From an uncultured delta proteobacterium (lineage in GTDB: Bacteria; Myxococcota; Myxococcia; Myxococcales; Myxococcaceae): 64,000 nt of DNA. The position numbers were made by a program, and so were the translations under genes. Shown here piece after piece: positions 21,268-30,360 of this stretch. Every line of letters begins with the position of its first letter. Within the stretch, counting starts at the first letter, position 1. The notes under the pieces are model-generated. The model was not told the DNA's origin. It ran no database searches and saw only the letters and a list, made by a program, of their open reading frames with translations. Location: the NCBI GenBank assembly GCA_963776345.1, contig CAVZMH010000017.1, forward strand, positions 160,001 through 224,000. The letters are read 5' to 3'.

Positions 21268-22062
21268 TCAGGTCTCGAGCGCCTGCGCCGCGGACGCCGG
21301 CGGGGTGTGCGCGTGGGCGTGCTTCAGGAGCCAGCCCCGGACCGGCGGCCCCCCGAACCGCGCCAGCCCCGCGGCGATGCCGAAGCGCACGAGGCGGGCC
21401 ACCGCGGCGGCGACCAGGAATGCCGGGATGGAGACGCCGACCAGCCCGCTGCCGATGGTGGCCAGCTTGAAGGCCGGTGCCACCATGCAGACCACCGCCA
21501 GCGACCACCAGTTCCGGCTGAGGAGCTCGGCGATGGTGCCGTGCACCGCGAACCACCCGGTGTGCGCGGAGGCGATGGCGAAGCAGAGCGTCAGCACGCA
21601 GGCCGCGGCGGCCCGGGCCCAGGCGAACGGGCGCTGGCGCACCCCCTGGAAGGTGGACACGGTGGTCATCACGCCGGACACGCCGGCGAGGATCAGCAGC
21701 ACGTTGCGCAGCCAGTCCGGACCGAGGTCGAGGCGGACGTTGGGGTCGATGTGGATCAGGCTCAGGCCGCCGCGCATCGCCGCGCCGATGCCGTACCCGA
21801 GGAGGCTGCCGGCGACCGAGGCCACCGTGCTCCAGATCATCAGCCGCAACCAGCGGTGCGGGGAGGCGATGACCATGGGGATGAGGAGCACGAACGGCGG
21901 CACGGGGAAGAACGCCGAGTCGATCGCCGAGATCACCATCAGCGCGCTGAACGCGGCCGGGCTGTTGGCGTACGACTCGACCCGGGCATACATCCGGCCG
22001 GACCAGGCCCGGGCCCGTCCCCACGGGCCCAAGGGGAGATGAGACGCGCTGTCGGGAGTCAT
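21268..22062 (-). CDS. YqaA/DedA family membrane protein
   Basis: SAIDSAFFPVPP, STVASVAGSLLGYGIG, PAFKLATI, ARLVRF; start uncertain. Confidence 0.75.
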   Translation of the reverse strand: MTPDSASHLPLGPWGRARAWSGRMYARVESYANSPAAFSALMVISAIDSAFFPVPPFVLLIPMVIASPHRWLRLMIWSTVASVAGSLLGYGIGAAMRGGLSLIHIDPNVRLDLGPDWLRNVLLILAGVSGVMTTVSTFQGVRQRPFAWARAAAACVLTLCFAIASAHTGWFAVHGTIAELLSRNWWSLAVVCMVAPAFKLATIGSGLVGVSIPAFLVAAAVARLVRFGIAAGLARFGGPPVRGWLLKHAHAHTPPASAAQALET

Positions 22063-22154
22063 CGAGGAGTCGCCGGACACCCTATCAGGAACCCCCCGGA
22101 TGGAAGGGCCCGCTGTTCGTGGCACCCGGGTGCCCGGATGTTAGGTTGCCCGGC

Positions 22155-22811
22155 ATGACGGCCCTGGAACGGGTGGAGCGCGCCGCAAGCGCGCTGAAGG
22201 TGTTCCCCCTCCCCTCGGCCGTGCTCTTCCCGCACACCGTCCTCCCGCTGCACATCTTCGAGCCCCGCTACCGCTCGCTGGTGAAGTCGGCGCTCGCCGG
22301 CGACAAGGTGATGGCGATGGCGCAGCTCGAGCCGGGCTACGAAGGAAGCTACTCGGGCCGCCCGCGGATGCGGCCGATGGCCTGCGCCGGGGTCATCGCC
22401 TGGCACGAGGAGCTGGACGGCGGCCGGTACAACATCATCGTCCAGGGGACAGCGCGGGCGCGCATCCTGGAGGAGCTGCCGCCCGAGCAGCTCTACCGCG
22501 AGGTGAGGGCGGCCATCCTCCCGGACGTCGAGTACCACGGGGCGGAGGAGGAGCAGCTCCGCCAGGCGATGCTCGAGCTCGCGGCGCGCCTGCCTCCTCC
22601 GGTCGCCCAGGGACTCCTCCAGGCCTCTGCCCGGACCGCTGGCGGCGCGCTCGCCGACGTGGTGGCCTCCAGCGTGGTGGCCGACGTGGACCGCCGGCAG
22701 GAGCTGCTCTGCGAGCTGAACGTGAGCGCCCGTCTCCGGTCGGTGCTGGCCGAGGTCAGCGAGGTGCTGGCCCGTCTCGCCCCGGCGAAGCCCGACGGGC
22801 CGATGAACTGA
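22155..22811 (+). CDS. LON peptidase substrate-binding domain protein
   Basis: VFPLPSAVLFPHTVLPLHIFEPRYR, DGGRYNI. Confidence 0.9.
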   Translation: MTALERVERAASALKVFPLPSAVLFPHTVLPLHIFEPRYRSLVKSALAGDKVMAMAQLEPGYEGSYSGRPRMRPMACAGVIAWHEELDGGRYNIIVQGTARARILEELPPEQLYREVRAAILPDVEYHGAEEEQLRQAMLELAARLPPPVAQGLLQASARTAGGALADVVASSVVADVDRRQELLCELNVSARLRSVLAEVSEVLARLAPAKPDGPMN

Positions 22812-22831
22812 ATGGGAGCGACGACAGCGCA

Positions 22832-24730
22832 ATGCGGCTGGTGAAGATCGGCCTCGCCTCGGTGAACACCACGGTGGGCGCCACCCACGCCAATGTGGAG
22901 CGTGCGCTGCGCTTTGCGCGCGAGATGGCCGCCGCCGGGGTGACGCTTGCCGCCTACCCCGAGCAGGTGGTGGGCGGATACCCGCCCGAGGACCTCATCC
23001 AGTGGCAGGGCTTCGTCGAGGACCAGTGGCGCGCGCTGGAGCGCTTCGCCGAGGCGACCCGCGACCAGGCCACGGTGCACGTCCTCGGGGTGGCGGTGCT
23101 GCACCAGGGGCTCCGCTACAACTGCGCGGCCATCGTGGCCGGCGGGCGCATCCGCGGGCTGGTGCCCAAGGAGAAGCTGCCGACCTACAGCATCTATTAC
23201 GAGGGCCGCACCTTCGACCGCGGGTTCCCCTACCAGCGCGACGAGCACCGGGGCGTGCCGTTCGGAGATCTCGTGTTCCGGTTCGACTTCGGGGTCGTCG
23301 CGCCGGAGGTCTGCGAGGACGCCTGGACCGCCGAGTGCCCGATGCGCCGGCGCACCTACTCGGGGGCGGAGATGGTGGTGAACATCTCCGGCTCGGCCTT
23401 CCGGGTGGGGACGGACCAGACCCGGCGGGAGATGCTCGTCACCCGCGCGGCGGACCACCAGTGCACGCTGGCCTACGTCAACCTGGTCGGCGGCAACGAC
23501 GGGCTGCTCTTCGACGGCGGGGGCTTCGTCGTCCAGAACGGCAAGCCGATGCTCGACGCGCCCAGGTGGCGGGAGGGCTGGGAGGCGACCACGGTCGACC
23601 TCGACCGCACCCTGCGGCTCCGCAGCGAGAACACCACCTGGCGTCAGGACCACGCGGCCTGGGCCACCTCGCACCGGCCGGTGCCGACCGTCGAGATCCC
23701 GGAGAGCGAGTTCCGCACCCGGCGGGAGGCGCTGACCTACCCGGTGCCGGCGCACGGAAGCTTCTTCCTCCCCGGCCCGGAGACACACGTCCCGGCCAGG
23801 ACGCGCTACTGCGAGGACGTGCTCGACGCGCTGGCGATGGGCGTCGGCGACTACTTCGAGAAGAACCGGGTCTTCCGCAACATCGGGGTGGCGCTGTCGG
23901 GCGGGCGGGACTCGCTGCTCACGCTCCTCGTCGCCCACCGCTGGGCCTCGCGCAAGAAGCCCGAGGCGCCGGGGAGCCTGCTCCGCGCCTTCTACATGCC
24001 CAGCCGCTACTCCTCGGCCGAGACGGAGAAGGCGGCGCGGACCGTCTGCGAGGAGCTCGGGGTGCCGCTCCGGGTGGTGAGCATCGACGCGGCCTTCGAG
24101 CGCGAGCTGGAGGCGGTGCGGGCCATGCTCCAGCCCGGCGAGACGGTGACCCCGCTCACCGAGCAGAACGTGCAGGCCCGCATCCGCGGGCAGCGGATGT
24201 GGAGCTGGAGCAACTCCTCGGGCGGGCTGTTCCTCCAGACCGGGAACATGAGCGAGCGGGCCGTCGGCTACACCACCGTGGGCGGCGACCTCGAGGGGGC
24301 GCTGGCGGTCATCGCCAACCTCCCCAAGACCGTGGTGATGGTGCTGCTCGACCACCTCCAGGAGGTCCACCCGCTGGAGGGCATCCGGCTGGTGCTCCAG
24401 AGTCCGCCCGGCCCGGAGCTGGCGCCGAACCAGGTGGGCGAGGAGGAGCTGATGCCCTTCCGGGTGCTGGACGCCTGCTTCCACCTCTTCGCCGACGAGA
24501 AGCTGCTGCCCGAGGAGGTCGAGCAGGTGGTGGGCGCGATGTTCCCCGACCTGTCGAAGGACACCGTGCACGGGTACGTCACCCGGTTCGTGAGGATGTT
24601 CCTCGCCAGCATCTACAAGTGGGTGCAGGCGCCGCTGTCGCTCCACATCGGCAACCTGGACCTCGACCGCGAGCGTGCGCTGCAGCTCCCGGTGGTCACC
24701 AGCTCCGAGTGGGCGCTGAAGAAGAAGTGA
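22832..24730 (+). CDS. nadE: Glutamine-dependent NAD+ synthetase
   Basis: Nitrilase domain (PE, K, EVCED) plus SGGRDS, QNVQARIRG, TGNMSE. Confidence 0.95.
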   Translation: MRLVKIGLASVNTTVGATHANVERALRFAREMAAAGVTLAAYPEQVVGGYPPEDLIQWQGFVEDQWRALERFAEATRDQATVHVLGVAVLHQGLRYNCAAIVAGGRIRGLVPKEKLPTYSIYYEGRTFDRGFPYQRDEHRGVPFGDLVFRFDFGVVAPEVCEDAWTAECPMRRRTYSGAEMVVNISGSAFRVGTDQTRREMLVTRAADHQCTLAYVNLVGGNDGLLFDGGGFVVQNGKPMLDAPRWREGWEATTVDLDRTLRLRSENTTWRQDHAAWATSHRPVPTVEIPESEFRTRREALTYPVPAHGSFFLPGPETHVPARTRYCEDVLDALAMGVGDYFEKNRVFRNIGVALSGGRDSLLTLLVAHRWASRKKPEAPGSLLRAFYMPSRYSSAETEKAARTVCEELGVPLRVVSIDAAFERELEAVRAMLQPGETVTPLTEQNVQARIRGQRMWSWSNSSGGLFLQTGNMSERAVGYTTVGGDLEGALAVIANLPKTVVMVLLDHLQEVHPLEGIRLVLQSPPGPELAPNQVGEEELMPFRVLDACFHLFADEKLLPEEVEQVVGAMFPDLSKDTVHGYVTRFVRMFLASIYKWVQAPLSLHIGNLDLDRERALQLPVVTSSEWALKKK

Positions 24731-25299
24731 CCTCGACCCGGCCGGTCCCCACCACGCTGGACTGGCTGCGGGTCAACGTGGCCATCGGCACGCTGAGCTT
24801 CGGGTCGGCGAGCCGCATCGTCCTCTACGAGGACGCGGTGGTGCGCGACCACGGGTGGCTGCCGGCCGACGAGTTCGCCGAGGTGCTCACCGTGGCCCAG
24901 CTGCTCCCCGGGCCCAATCTGGTGAACCTCTCGGCGTACCTCGGATACCGGCTGGTGGGCCCGCTGGGCGCGGTGCTGGGCGTCCTCTGCCTCTGTCTGC
25001 CGGGGGCCGCGCTGGCGGTCGGCCTCTCCGGCGTGCTGGCGGTGGAAAGGCCCTGGGTGCAGGGCCCTCTCCGGGGGATGGCGGTGGCGGGCATCGTGCT
25101 GCTCGGCCCCTTCTTCCGGCGGCTCTTGCCGGGGCTGGGGAGCACCCCGGACCCGGCCGTGCCGGCACGGACGCGGGTGCGGGTGGTCCGCAGCGCGCTG
25201 CTGGCGGGCGTCGCGACGGCGACGCTCTCGGGGGCCTCGCTCTTCGCCGTGCTCGGGCTGGCCATTCCCGTGGCGCTCTTTCTGGAGTTCGCCCTGTGA
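24727..25299 (+). CDS. Short-chain chromate transporter (ChrA family), first subunit
   Basis: GTLSFG, WLPADEF, AQLLPGPNLVN. Confidence 0.85.
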   Translation: MTSTRPVPTTLDWLRVNVAIGTLSFGSASRIVLYEDAVVRDHGWLPADEFAEVLTVAQLLPGPNLVNLSAYLGYRLVGPLGAVLGVLCLCLPGAALAVGLSGVLAVERPWVQGPLRGMAVAGIVLLGPFFRRLLPGLGSTPDPAVPARTRVRVVRSALLAGVATATLSGASLFAVLGLAIPVALFLEFAL

Positions 25300-26090
25300 A
25301 GCTGCTCGGGCTCTTCTGGATCTTCTTCCGGCTGGGGCTGGTCTCCTTCGGGGGAGTGTTCGCGGTCCTGCCGGAGCTGCAGCGGGCGCTGGTGGACCAG
25401 GGCTTCGTCACGTCCGAGGGGTTCGTCCAGGCCTTCGTGCTGGGGCAGGTGGTGCCCGGGCCGAACATGGCCATGTGCCCCGTGATTGGCTGGCACGTGG
25501 CCGGGCTTCCCGGCGCCGTGGTCGCCTTCGTCGGCATCTACACGGGACCGGTGGCCATCATGGGCGCGGCGTACGCCGTCTACCACCGGTGGCGGCGCGT
25601 GACCTGGGTGCGGCGGCTCGAGCTTGCGATGCGCCCGGTGGTGCTCGGACTGCTCGGGGCCTCTGCCCTGTCGCTGCTCTGGTCCTCGAGTTCGCCCTGT
25701 GAAGCTTCTGGCGCTGTTCTGGATCTTCTTCCGGCTCGGGCTGGTGAGCTTCGGGAGCGTCTTCGCCGTGCTTCCCGAGCTGCAGCGGGCGCTGGTGGAC
25801 CAGGGGTTCATCACGCCGGAGGGGTTCGTCCAGGCGTTCGTGCTCGGCCAGGTGGTGCCGGGGCCGAACATGGCGATGTGCACCGTCATCGGCTGGCACG
25901 TCGCCGGCCTCGCGGGCGCCGTGGTCGCCTTCGTCGGGATCTACAGCGGCCCGGTGGCGATCATGGGCGGGGCGTACGCCGTGTACCACCGCTGGCGGGG
26001 CGTGATCTGGGTGCGGCGGCTCGAGCTGGCGCTCCGGCCGGTGGTGCTGGGGCTGCTCGCGGCCTCGGCGGCGTCGCTCCTGTGGACCGC
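25285..26090 (+). repeat. Diverged tandem duplication, 403-nt period
   Basis: gagttcgccctgtgaagct at 25285 and 25688, colinear afterwards with mostly synonymous differences. Confidence 0.9.
25296..25687 (+). pseudogene. 3'-truncated copy of the second short-chain chromate transporter subunit
   Basis: GLVSFGG, GQVVPGPN; loses frame at about 25685, where the duplicated unit restarts. Confidence 0.7.
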
Positions 26091-26226
26091 GGCGGGGAAG
26101 CAGCACCTGCTCGCGCTGGGCGTCGCGCTGGTGGTCGGCGTGCTCGCGGTGAGGACGCGGCTCGGAGCGCTCGCGCTTCTCTTCGTCGGCGGCCTGGCGT
26201 GGTCGCTGGGTCAGGCGGCGCTCTGA
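25699..26226 (+). CDS. Short-chain chromate transporter (ChrA family), second subunit, intact
   Basis: GLVSFGS, GQVVPGPN, LRPVVLGL, complete C-terminal TMs. Confidence 0.85.
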   Translation: MKLLALFWIFFRLGLVSFGSVFAVLPELQRALVDQGFITPEGFVQAFVLGQVVPGPNMAMCTVIGWHVAGLAGAVVAFVGIYSGPVAIMGGAYAVYHRWRGVIWVRRLELALRPVVLGLLAASAASLLWTAAGKQHLLALGVALVVGVLAVRTRLGALALLFVGGLAWSLGQAAL

Positions 26227-26250
26227 GCGCGGACGGGGCCTGGGGGATCG

Positions 26251-26859
26251 TCAGTCCTCGACGATGGTGGTGACCTTCGCCAGGACCTCGTCGAGCACGC
26301 CGCGGAGCTTGCGCATGGTGCCGGGGGTGAGCCGACCGCGGCGGGCGGCGCGGCGGAGCACCCGGAAGAGCTGCGCGGCCCGCTGCATCAGATCGGCGAG
26401 ATCCTCGGCGCTCTCGGCCCATCCCGCCGCGCCGGAGCGCTCGTAGAATTCCTCCACCTCCGCGCGGTGCTCCTGGAGGTCCCGCTGACCCTCGGGCGTG
26501 ATGGCGTAGGTGCGCCGTCCGTCGTCCTCGGTGCCGCGGACGTGGCGCAGCTCCTCCAGCATCTGCAGCGTGGGGTAGATGACCCCGGGGCTCGGCCGGT
26601 ACGTCTGACCGCTGCGCTCCTCGATGGCCTGCATGATCTCGTAGCCGTGCCGGGGCTGCTTCTCCAGCGCGTCGAGCACCAGGTACCGGACTGCTCCTCG
26701 CTCCGCCCGCGGCGGCGGACCTCCGAACATGTCCCACCACTCGTGCCGTCCACCGGGGCCCCGTCGCCCCCACGGGCTCCGCCCCATGAACATGCCGGGG
26801 TGCCATCCCCACGGATCTCCGGGTCGCATCGCGCACTCCTTGCCGGACTCGCCGGCCAT
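26251..26859 (-). CDS. PadR family transcriptional regulator
   Basis: RGAVRYLVLDAL, PRHGYEIM, PSPGVIYPTLQMLEE, YAITPEG. Confidence 0.92.
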   Translation of the reverse strand: MAGESGKECAMRPGDPWGWHPGMFMGRSPWGRRGPGGRHEWWDMFGGPPPRAERGAVRYLVLDALEKQPRHGYEIMQAIEERSGQTYRPSPGVIYPTLQMLEELRHVRGTEDDGRRTYAITPEGQRDLQEHRAEVEEFYERSGAAGWAESAEDLADLMQRAAQLFRVLRRAARRGRLTPGTMRKLRGVLDEVLAKVTTIVED

Positions 26860-26862
26860 GCC

Positions 26863-26897
26863 GACACATCGGAAGATGTGTCTTGTAGATATGTCTA
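26863..26897. promoter_or_regulatory. Palindromic operator(s) upstream of padR
   Basis: GACACATC-GGAA-GATGTGTC (26863-26882) plus TAGA-TATG-TCTA (26886-26897) in an AT-rich patch. Confidence 0.6.
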
Positions 26898-27005
26898 TAG
26901 CAACGTTCTGTCCGCCGCGCCACGGGGAGCGCGCGGGCCGGCTCCGGCACGACGAGGCGCGCCGGAGCTACCCGGCGCTCGGCACGACGCCGTGACTCCG
27001 CAGAG

Positions 27006-28097
27006 CTAGAGGGCCAGCTCCTTCACCGGGACTTCCTTGTAGGTGAACTCCCGCGTCCAGTCGGAGCTCTGCTTTCCGTCGATCTCCACGTAGGCCTTGA
27101 CCAGGGAGTTGGCGGGCCCCTCATCTTGCGGAGGCTCGAAGACCAGATCACGCCCCGTCGACCACACCACCCGGCGCTCGTCGATGTTGCCGAAGTAGTA
27201 GTCGACCTTGCTCCGGTCCAGGCCCTTGTATCCGGTGGCGGTGGTCAGCTCGACCAGCTTCTTGTTCTTGTCGGTGATCGGGAATTCCTTGCCGTAGATG
27301 TTGGCCAGCGAGACATCGAGCGGCACCCAACCCACCCGCGGCGCGTAGAACTGGATCCAGCAGTGGTAGCTGCCGTCGACGGCGATCCCGTTCAGGGTCG
27401 GCTTCAGCAGCGACCCGTAGATCATCCTGGTGGGGATCCCGGAGGCCATCGCCAGCGAGGCGAAGAGGGAGTGGAAATCGGTGCAGTTCCCGGTCTTGGT
27501 GTTCAGGCAGTACTCGGTGCTCCCCACCGGCGACGCCTTGAGGTGGTCGGGATCCTTCACCCAGTAGTCGACGTTCTGCAGCGTCCAGTCGTAGATCTTC
27601 CGCGACGCCTTGATCGGGTTGGTCTCGTTGCCCACGATCGACGCGGCGAGCGCCTTGACCCGGTCGTTCACCACCACGTGGGTGGTGGGCTGGAGGTAGC
27701 GGGCCAGGGCGGTTCGCTCCCAGTCGGAGAGGGGCCGGGTGGCGGAGGGATCGGTCGCGGTCCGCATCTCGGTCCGCACCAGGTCGAACTCCTCGCGGAT
27801 CGACACCTTGTCCGCGGCCGGCGACTTCAGCTCGAGATAGCCGACCCGGTTCCCACCCGAGTCGTCCTCGACGGCGATCTTCCCCGCATCGGCGGTCAAG
27901 GTGAGGTTCTTGATGGTGGACCAGGCATCCTCCTGGGGCATCGCGAACCAGACCCGGACGCGCTGCGCCCCCTTGGGAACCTTCACCGTGAAGGTGTTCT
28001 TGACGTGGAATCCCGCTTGCTTCGGCGCATCGGCGGCCAGTGCCGAGGCGGCGAGCAGAACGGACGACAGCATCACCAGCCGACCCTGACGCATCAC
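27006..28097 (-). CDS. Secreted transglutaminase-like (Cys-His-Asp) protein
   Basis: Signal peptide; GNCTDFHSLF, YHCWIQFY, GWVPLD. Confidence 0.88.
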   Translation of the reverse strand: MMRQGRLVMLSSVLLAASALAADAPKQAGFHVKNTFTVKVPKGAQRVRVWFAMPQEDAWSTIKNLTLTADAGKIAVEDDSGGNRVGYLELKSPAADKVSIREEFDLVRTEMRTATDPSATRPLSDWERTALARYLQPTTHVVVNDRVKALAASIVGNETNPIKASRKIYDWTLQNVDYWVKDPDHLKASPVGSTEYCLNTKTGNCTDFHSLFASLAMASGIPTRMIYGSLLKPTLNGIAVDGSYHCWIQFYAPRVGWVPLDVSLANIYGKEFPITDKNKKLVELTTATGYKGLDRSKVDYYFGNIDERRVVWSTGRDLVFEPPQDEGPANSLVKAYVEIDGKQSSDWTREFTYKEVPVKELAL

Positions 28098-29608
28098 GGT
28101 CCTCCTCCGTCACGAAGTCGCCGTGCCGCCTCGGCGATGACCCTGAGCTTCGCGGCGGCAACCGAATCCGAAGCGAGGGGATTGTCGGCAAAGGTGGCAA
28201 AGCCACAATCGGGGGTGAAGAGCACCCGGTCGCGCCCGAGCAGGTCCACCGCCCGGTTCGCCCGGGCCAGGACCTCGTCGACGCCCTCCACCCGCGACGA
28301 CTTCTGGTTCACCAGCCCCACCCCGATGCGCTTGTCGGGCGGAATTTCCCGGAGCAGCGCCATCTCTCCGGCCCGCGGCGTGGCCAGCTCGAGCAGCAGC
28401 GTCCCCACCGGGGCCTGGCGGAGGAGCGGAAGGAGCGGCCGGTAGTCGCCGGCGAGGGCCACGCTCTCGTCGGGCGTCCAGTTCCCCCGACAGACGTGCA
28501 TCGCCAGCCGCTCGCGCGGCAGCCCGCGGGTGACCGCGGTCAGCAGCTCCAGGGCGAACCCCAGCTCCTCCGCTGCGTCTCGACGGGCGCCGAGCGCTCC
28601 GCACATGAACGAGCGCTGGGCCCGGGGGGTCCCGAAGACGACCTCGCTCAGCACCGGCTCGTCGAGCTGCACCAGCGCCGCCCCGGCGTCGAGCAGCTCC
28701 ACCACCTCGGCCCGGAGCGCGTCCACCACGTCGGTGGCGAGCTCCTCCCGGGTGGCGTAGGTCCGCTCCGAGACGCACTCCAGGAACATGGTCCGGGTGA
28801 GGAGGTACGGCCCGGGCAGCGCCACCTTGACCGCGGCGCCCGGCGCCAGGGCCTGCACGAAGCGGAGCTCGTGGAGGGCCAGAGGGCGCGTCCGCCGGAT
28901 CGGACCGAAGACGGCCGGGTGACGCACGCGCTCTGCCGGGACGTCCAGGGAGCGGAGCTCCTCCCGGAACTCCTCCGGGTCGTCGACGTAGGGAAGGAGG
29001 TCGGTGATCGGAACCAGCTGGCAACCGTCGAGGAGGCCTCCGACGAAGCTGGCGTAGTTGTCGCGCCGCTGCTCCCCGTCGGTCAGCACGTCCACCCCGG
29101 CCTCCCGCTGGGCGCTCACCGCGAGGCGGACGGCGTCGTCGGCGGTCCGCTCGAACTCCTCGTCCGGGAGCCGGCGCTCGAGGTGCTCGTGGAGCGCCTG
29201 CAGCATCCACCGCGGCCGGGGCCAGCTCCCGATGCCCATCACCGCCAGCGGGGGAATGGGAGGGGCGGGGACCTTCGCCGGTGGGACGGGCGAGGGCTCC
29301 ACCGTCGCCGGACGGGCCACGGCCGGTCGCGGTTCGGGCGGGGTGACTCCAGCGCTCCGGCCGAAGGCCCCCTTGCTCACCAGGAAGCTCGATTCCTTCC
29401 CTTCCCGGAAGCGGGAGACGAGCTCGTTCCCCGTCATCCGGCACCAGGCGGGCAGCTCCTCGTCCACCGAGATCTCGCGCGAGCGGATCTCCAGCAGCTC
29501 TCCAGGCGCGAGGGGGTCGATGTGCTTGCGGATCAGGAGCAGCAGGCCGTTGCCGCAGTCGAGGTCGCCCCCGTCGAAGCTGGCCTTGGGCGGGAAGGGG
29601 TGGCCCAT
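28094..29608 (-). CDS. TusA-domain fused, catalytic-domain-only (core) cobalamin-independent methionine synthase family protein
   Basis: N-terminal FDGGDLDCGNG...LPAWCRMTG, Pro-rich linker, then IGSWPRP, TDGEQRR, VQLDEP, HVCRGN, PDCGF. Confidence 0.88.
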   Translation of the reverse strand: MGHPFPPKASFDGGDLDCGNGLLLLIRKHIDPLAPGELLEIRSREISVDEELPAWCRMTGNELVSRFREGKESSFLVSKGAFGRSAGVTPPEPRPAVARPATVEPSPVPPAKVPAPPIPPLAVMGIGSWPRPRWMLQALHEHLERRLPDEEFERTADDAVRLAVSAQREAGVDVLTDGEQRRDNYASFVGGLLDGCQLVPITDLLPYVDDPEEFREELRSLDVPAERVRHPAVFGPIRRTRPLALHELRFVQALAPGAAVKVALPGPYLLTRTMFLECVSERTYATREELATDVVDALRAEVVELLDAGAALVQLDEPVLSEVVFGTPRAQRSFMCGALGARRDAAEELGFALELLTAVTRGLPRERLAMHVCRGNWTPDESVALAGDYRPLLPLLRQAPVGTLLLELATPRAGEMALLREIPPDKRIGVGLVNQKSSRVEGVDEVLARANRAVDLLGRDRVLFTPDCGFATFADNPLASDSVAAAKLRVIAEAARRLRDGGGP

Positions 29609-29622
29609 CGCCGTCCGGGCCC

Positions 29623-29985
29623 CTAGTAGCTCACGCAGGGACTGCCCTCGGAGAGGAACTCCACCAGCTTGGCGCCGCCCACCACCGTGGCGCCCTCGAC
29701 CAGCCTGGTCTCGTCGAGCCCGCGCTTCTTGAAGCAGGGCGAGCAGACGAAGATCTTGCCCCCCGCCTTCACGAAGTTGCCCATCAGCTCGGCGAGGGGG
29801 GCGAATCCCTGCTCGTGGATGTCCGCGGCGTAGCCCTGCTGCGAGAGCCGCACCCCCTCGATGCTGAGGAAGACCATCGTCTCCTTGTCCGAGGCGACGG
29901 CGGCGTTGGCGACCACGAAGGCCACGGTGGCCTTGTCGGTGTCGTTCTTGGCGTAGCTGAGGCTCACACAGAACCGCTTGCTCAT
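29623..29985 (-). CDS. DsrE/DsrF-like family protein
   Basis: VFLSIEGV, GGKIFVCSPCFKKRGL. Confidence 0.85.
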   Translation of the reverse strand: MSKRFCVSLSYAKNDTDKATVAFVVANAAVASDKETMVFLSIEGVRLSQQGYAADIHEQGFAPLAELMGNFVKAGGKIFVCSPCFKKRGLDETRLVEGATVVGGAKLVEFLSEGSPCVSY

Positions 29986-30245
29986 GGCGTGCTCCTTCGT
30001 TCGATGAGGTAGTGGGGAGGGTTCGCCTCCAGGAGGCGATGACCGGTCATCCGGCACCAGGCCGGGAGGTCCTCCGGCGCGCCGGGGTCGTGCGCCACGA
30101 CCCGCAGACGCTGCCCCGGCGACAGCGCAGCGAGCTTGTTGCGCAGCAGGAGGACGAGCTCACCGCAGCCGGTGTGGCCGGCATCCCACTCGGCGTGGGG
30201 ACTCAGGTCTGCGGCGCGACCCGGCGCCGCATCGAGCGGAGTCAC
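29982..30245 (-). CDS. TusA/SirA family sulfur carrier protein
   Basis: WDAGHTGCGEL, PGQRLRVVAHDPGAPEDLPAWCRMTGH. Confidence 0.85.
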   Translation of the reverse strand: MTPLDAAPGRAADLSPHAEWDAGHTGCGELVLLLRNKLAALSPGQRLRVVAHDPGAPEDLPAWCRMTGHRLLEANPPHYLIERRSTP

Positions 30246-30360
30246 AACCGTCTCCGGGGCGCTCGAGGACGCATGGGAGGCGATGTTCTACCAACGCACT
30301 CGAACGAGCGGCAAGGAACACTCGCTGCCATCGCAGCGCGTCAACCGCGCCGGACCGTGG

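Noticed and set aside
29623..30245. Selenocysteine recoding in TusA/DsrE
   Set aside because: The relevant positions are ordinary Cys codons; there is no in-frame TGA
30246..30360. SAM or other riboswitch upstream of the TusA-MetE operon
   Set aside because: No recognisable aptamer motifs in this short region
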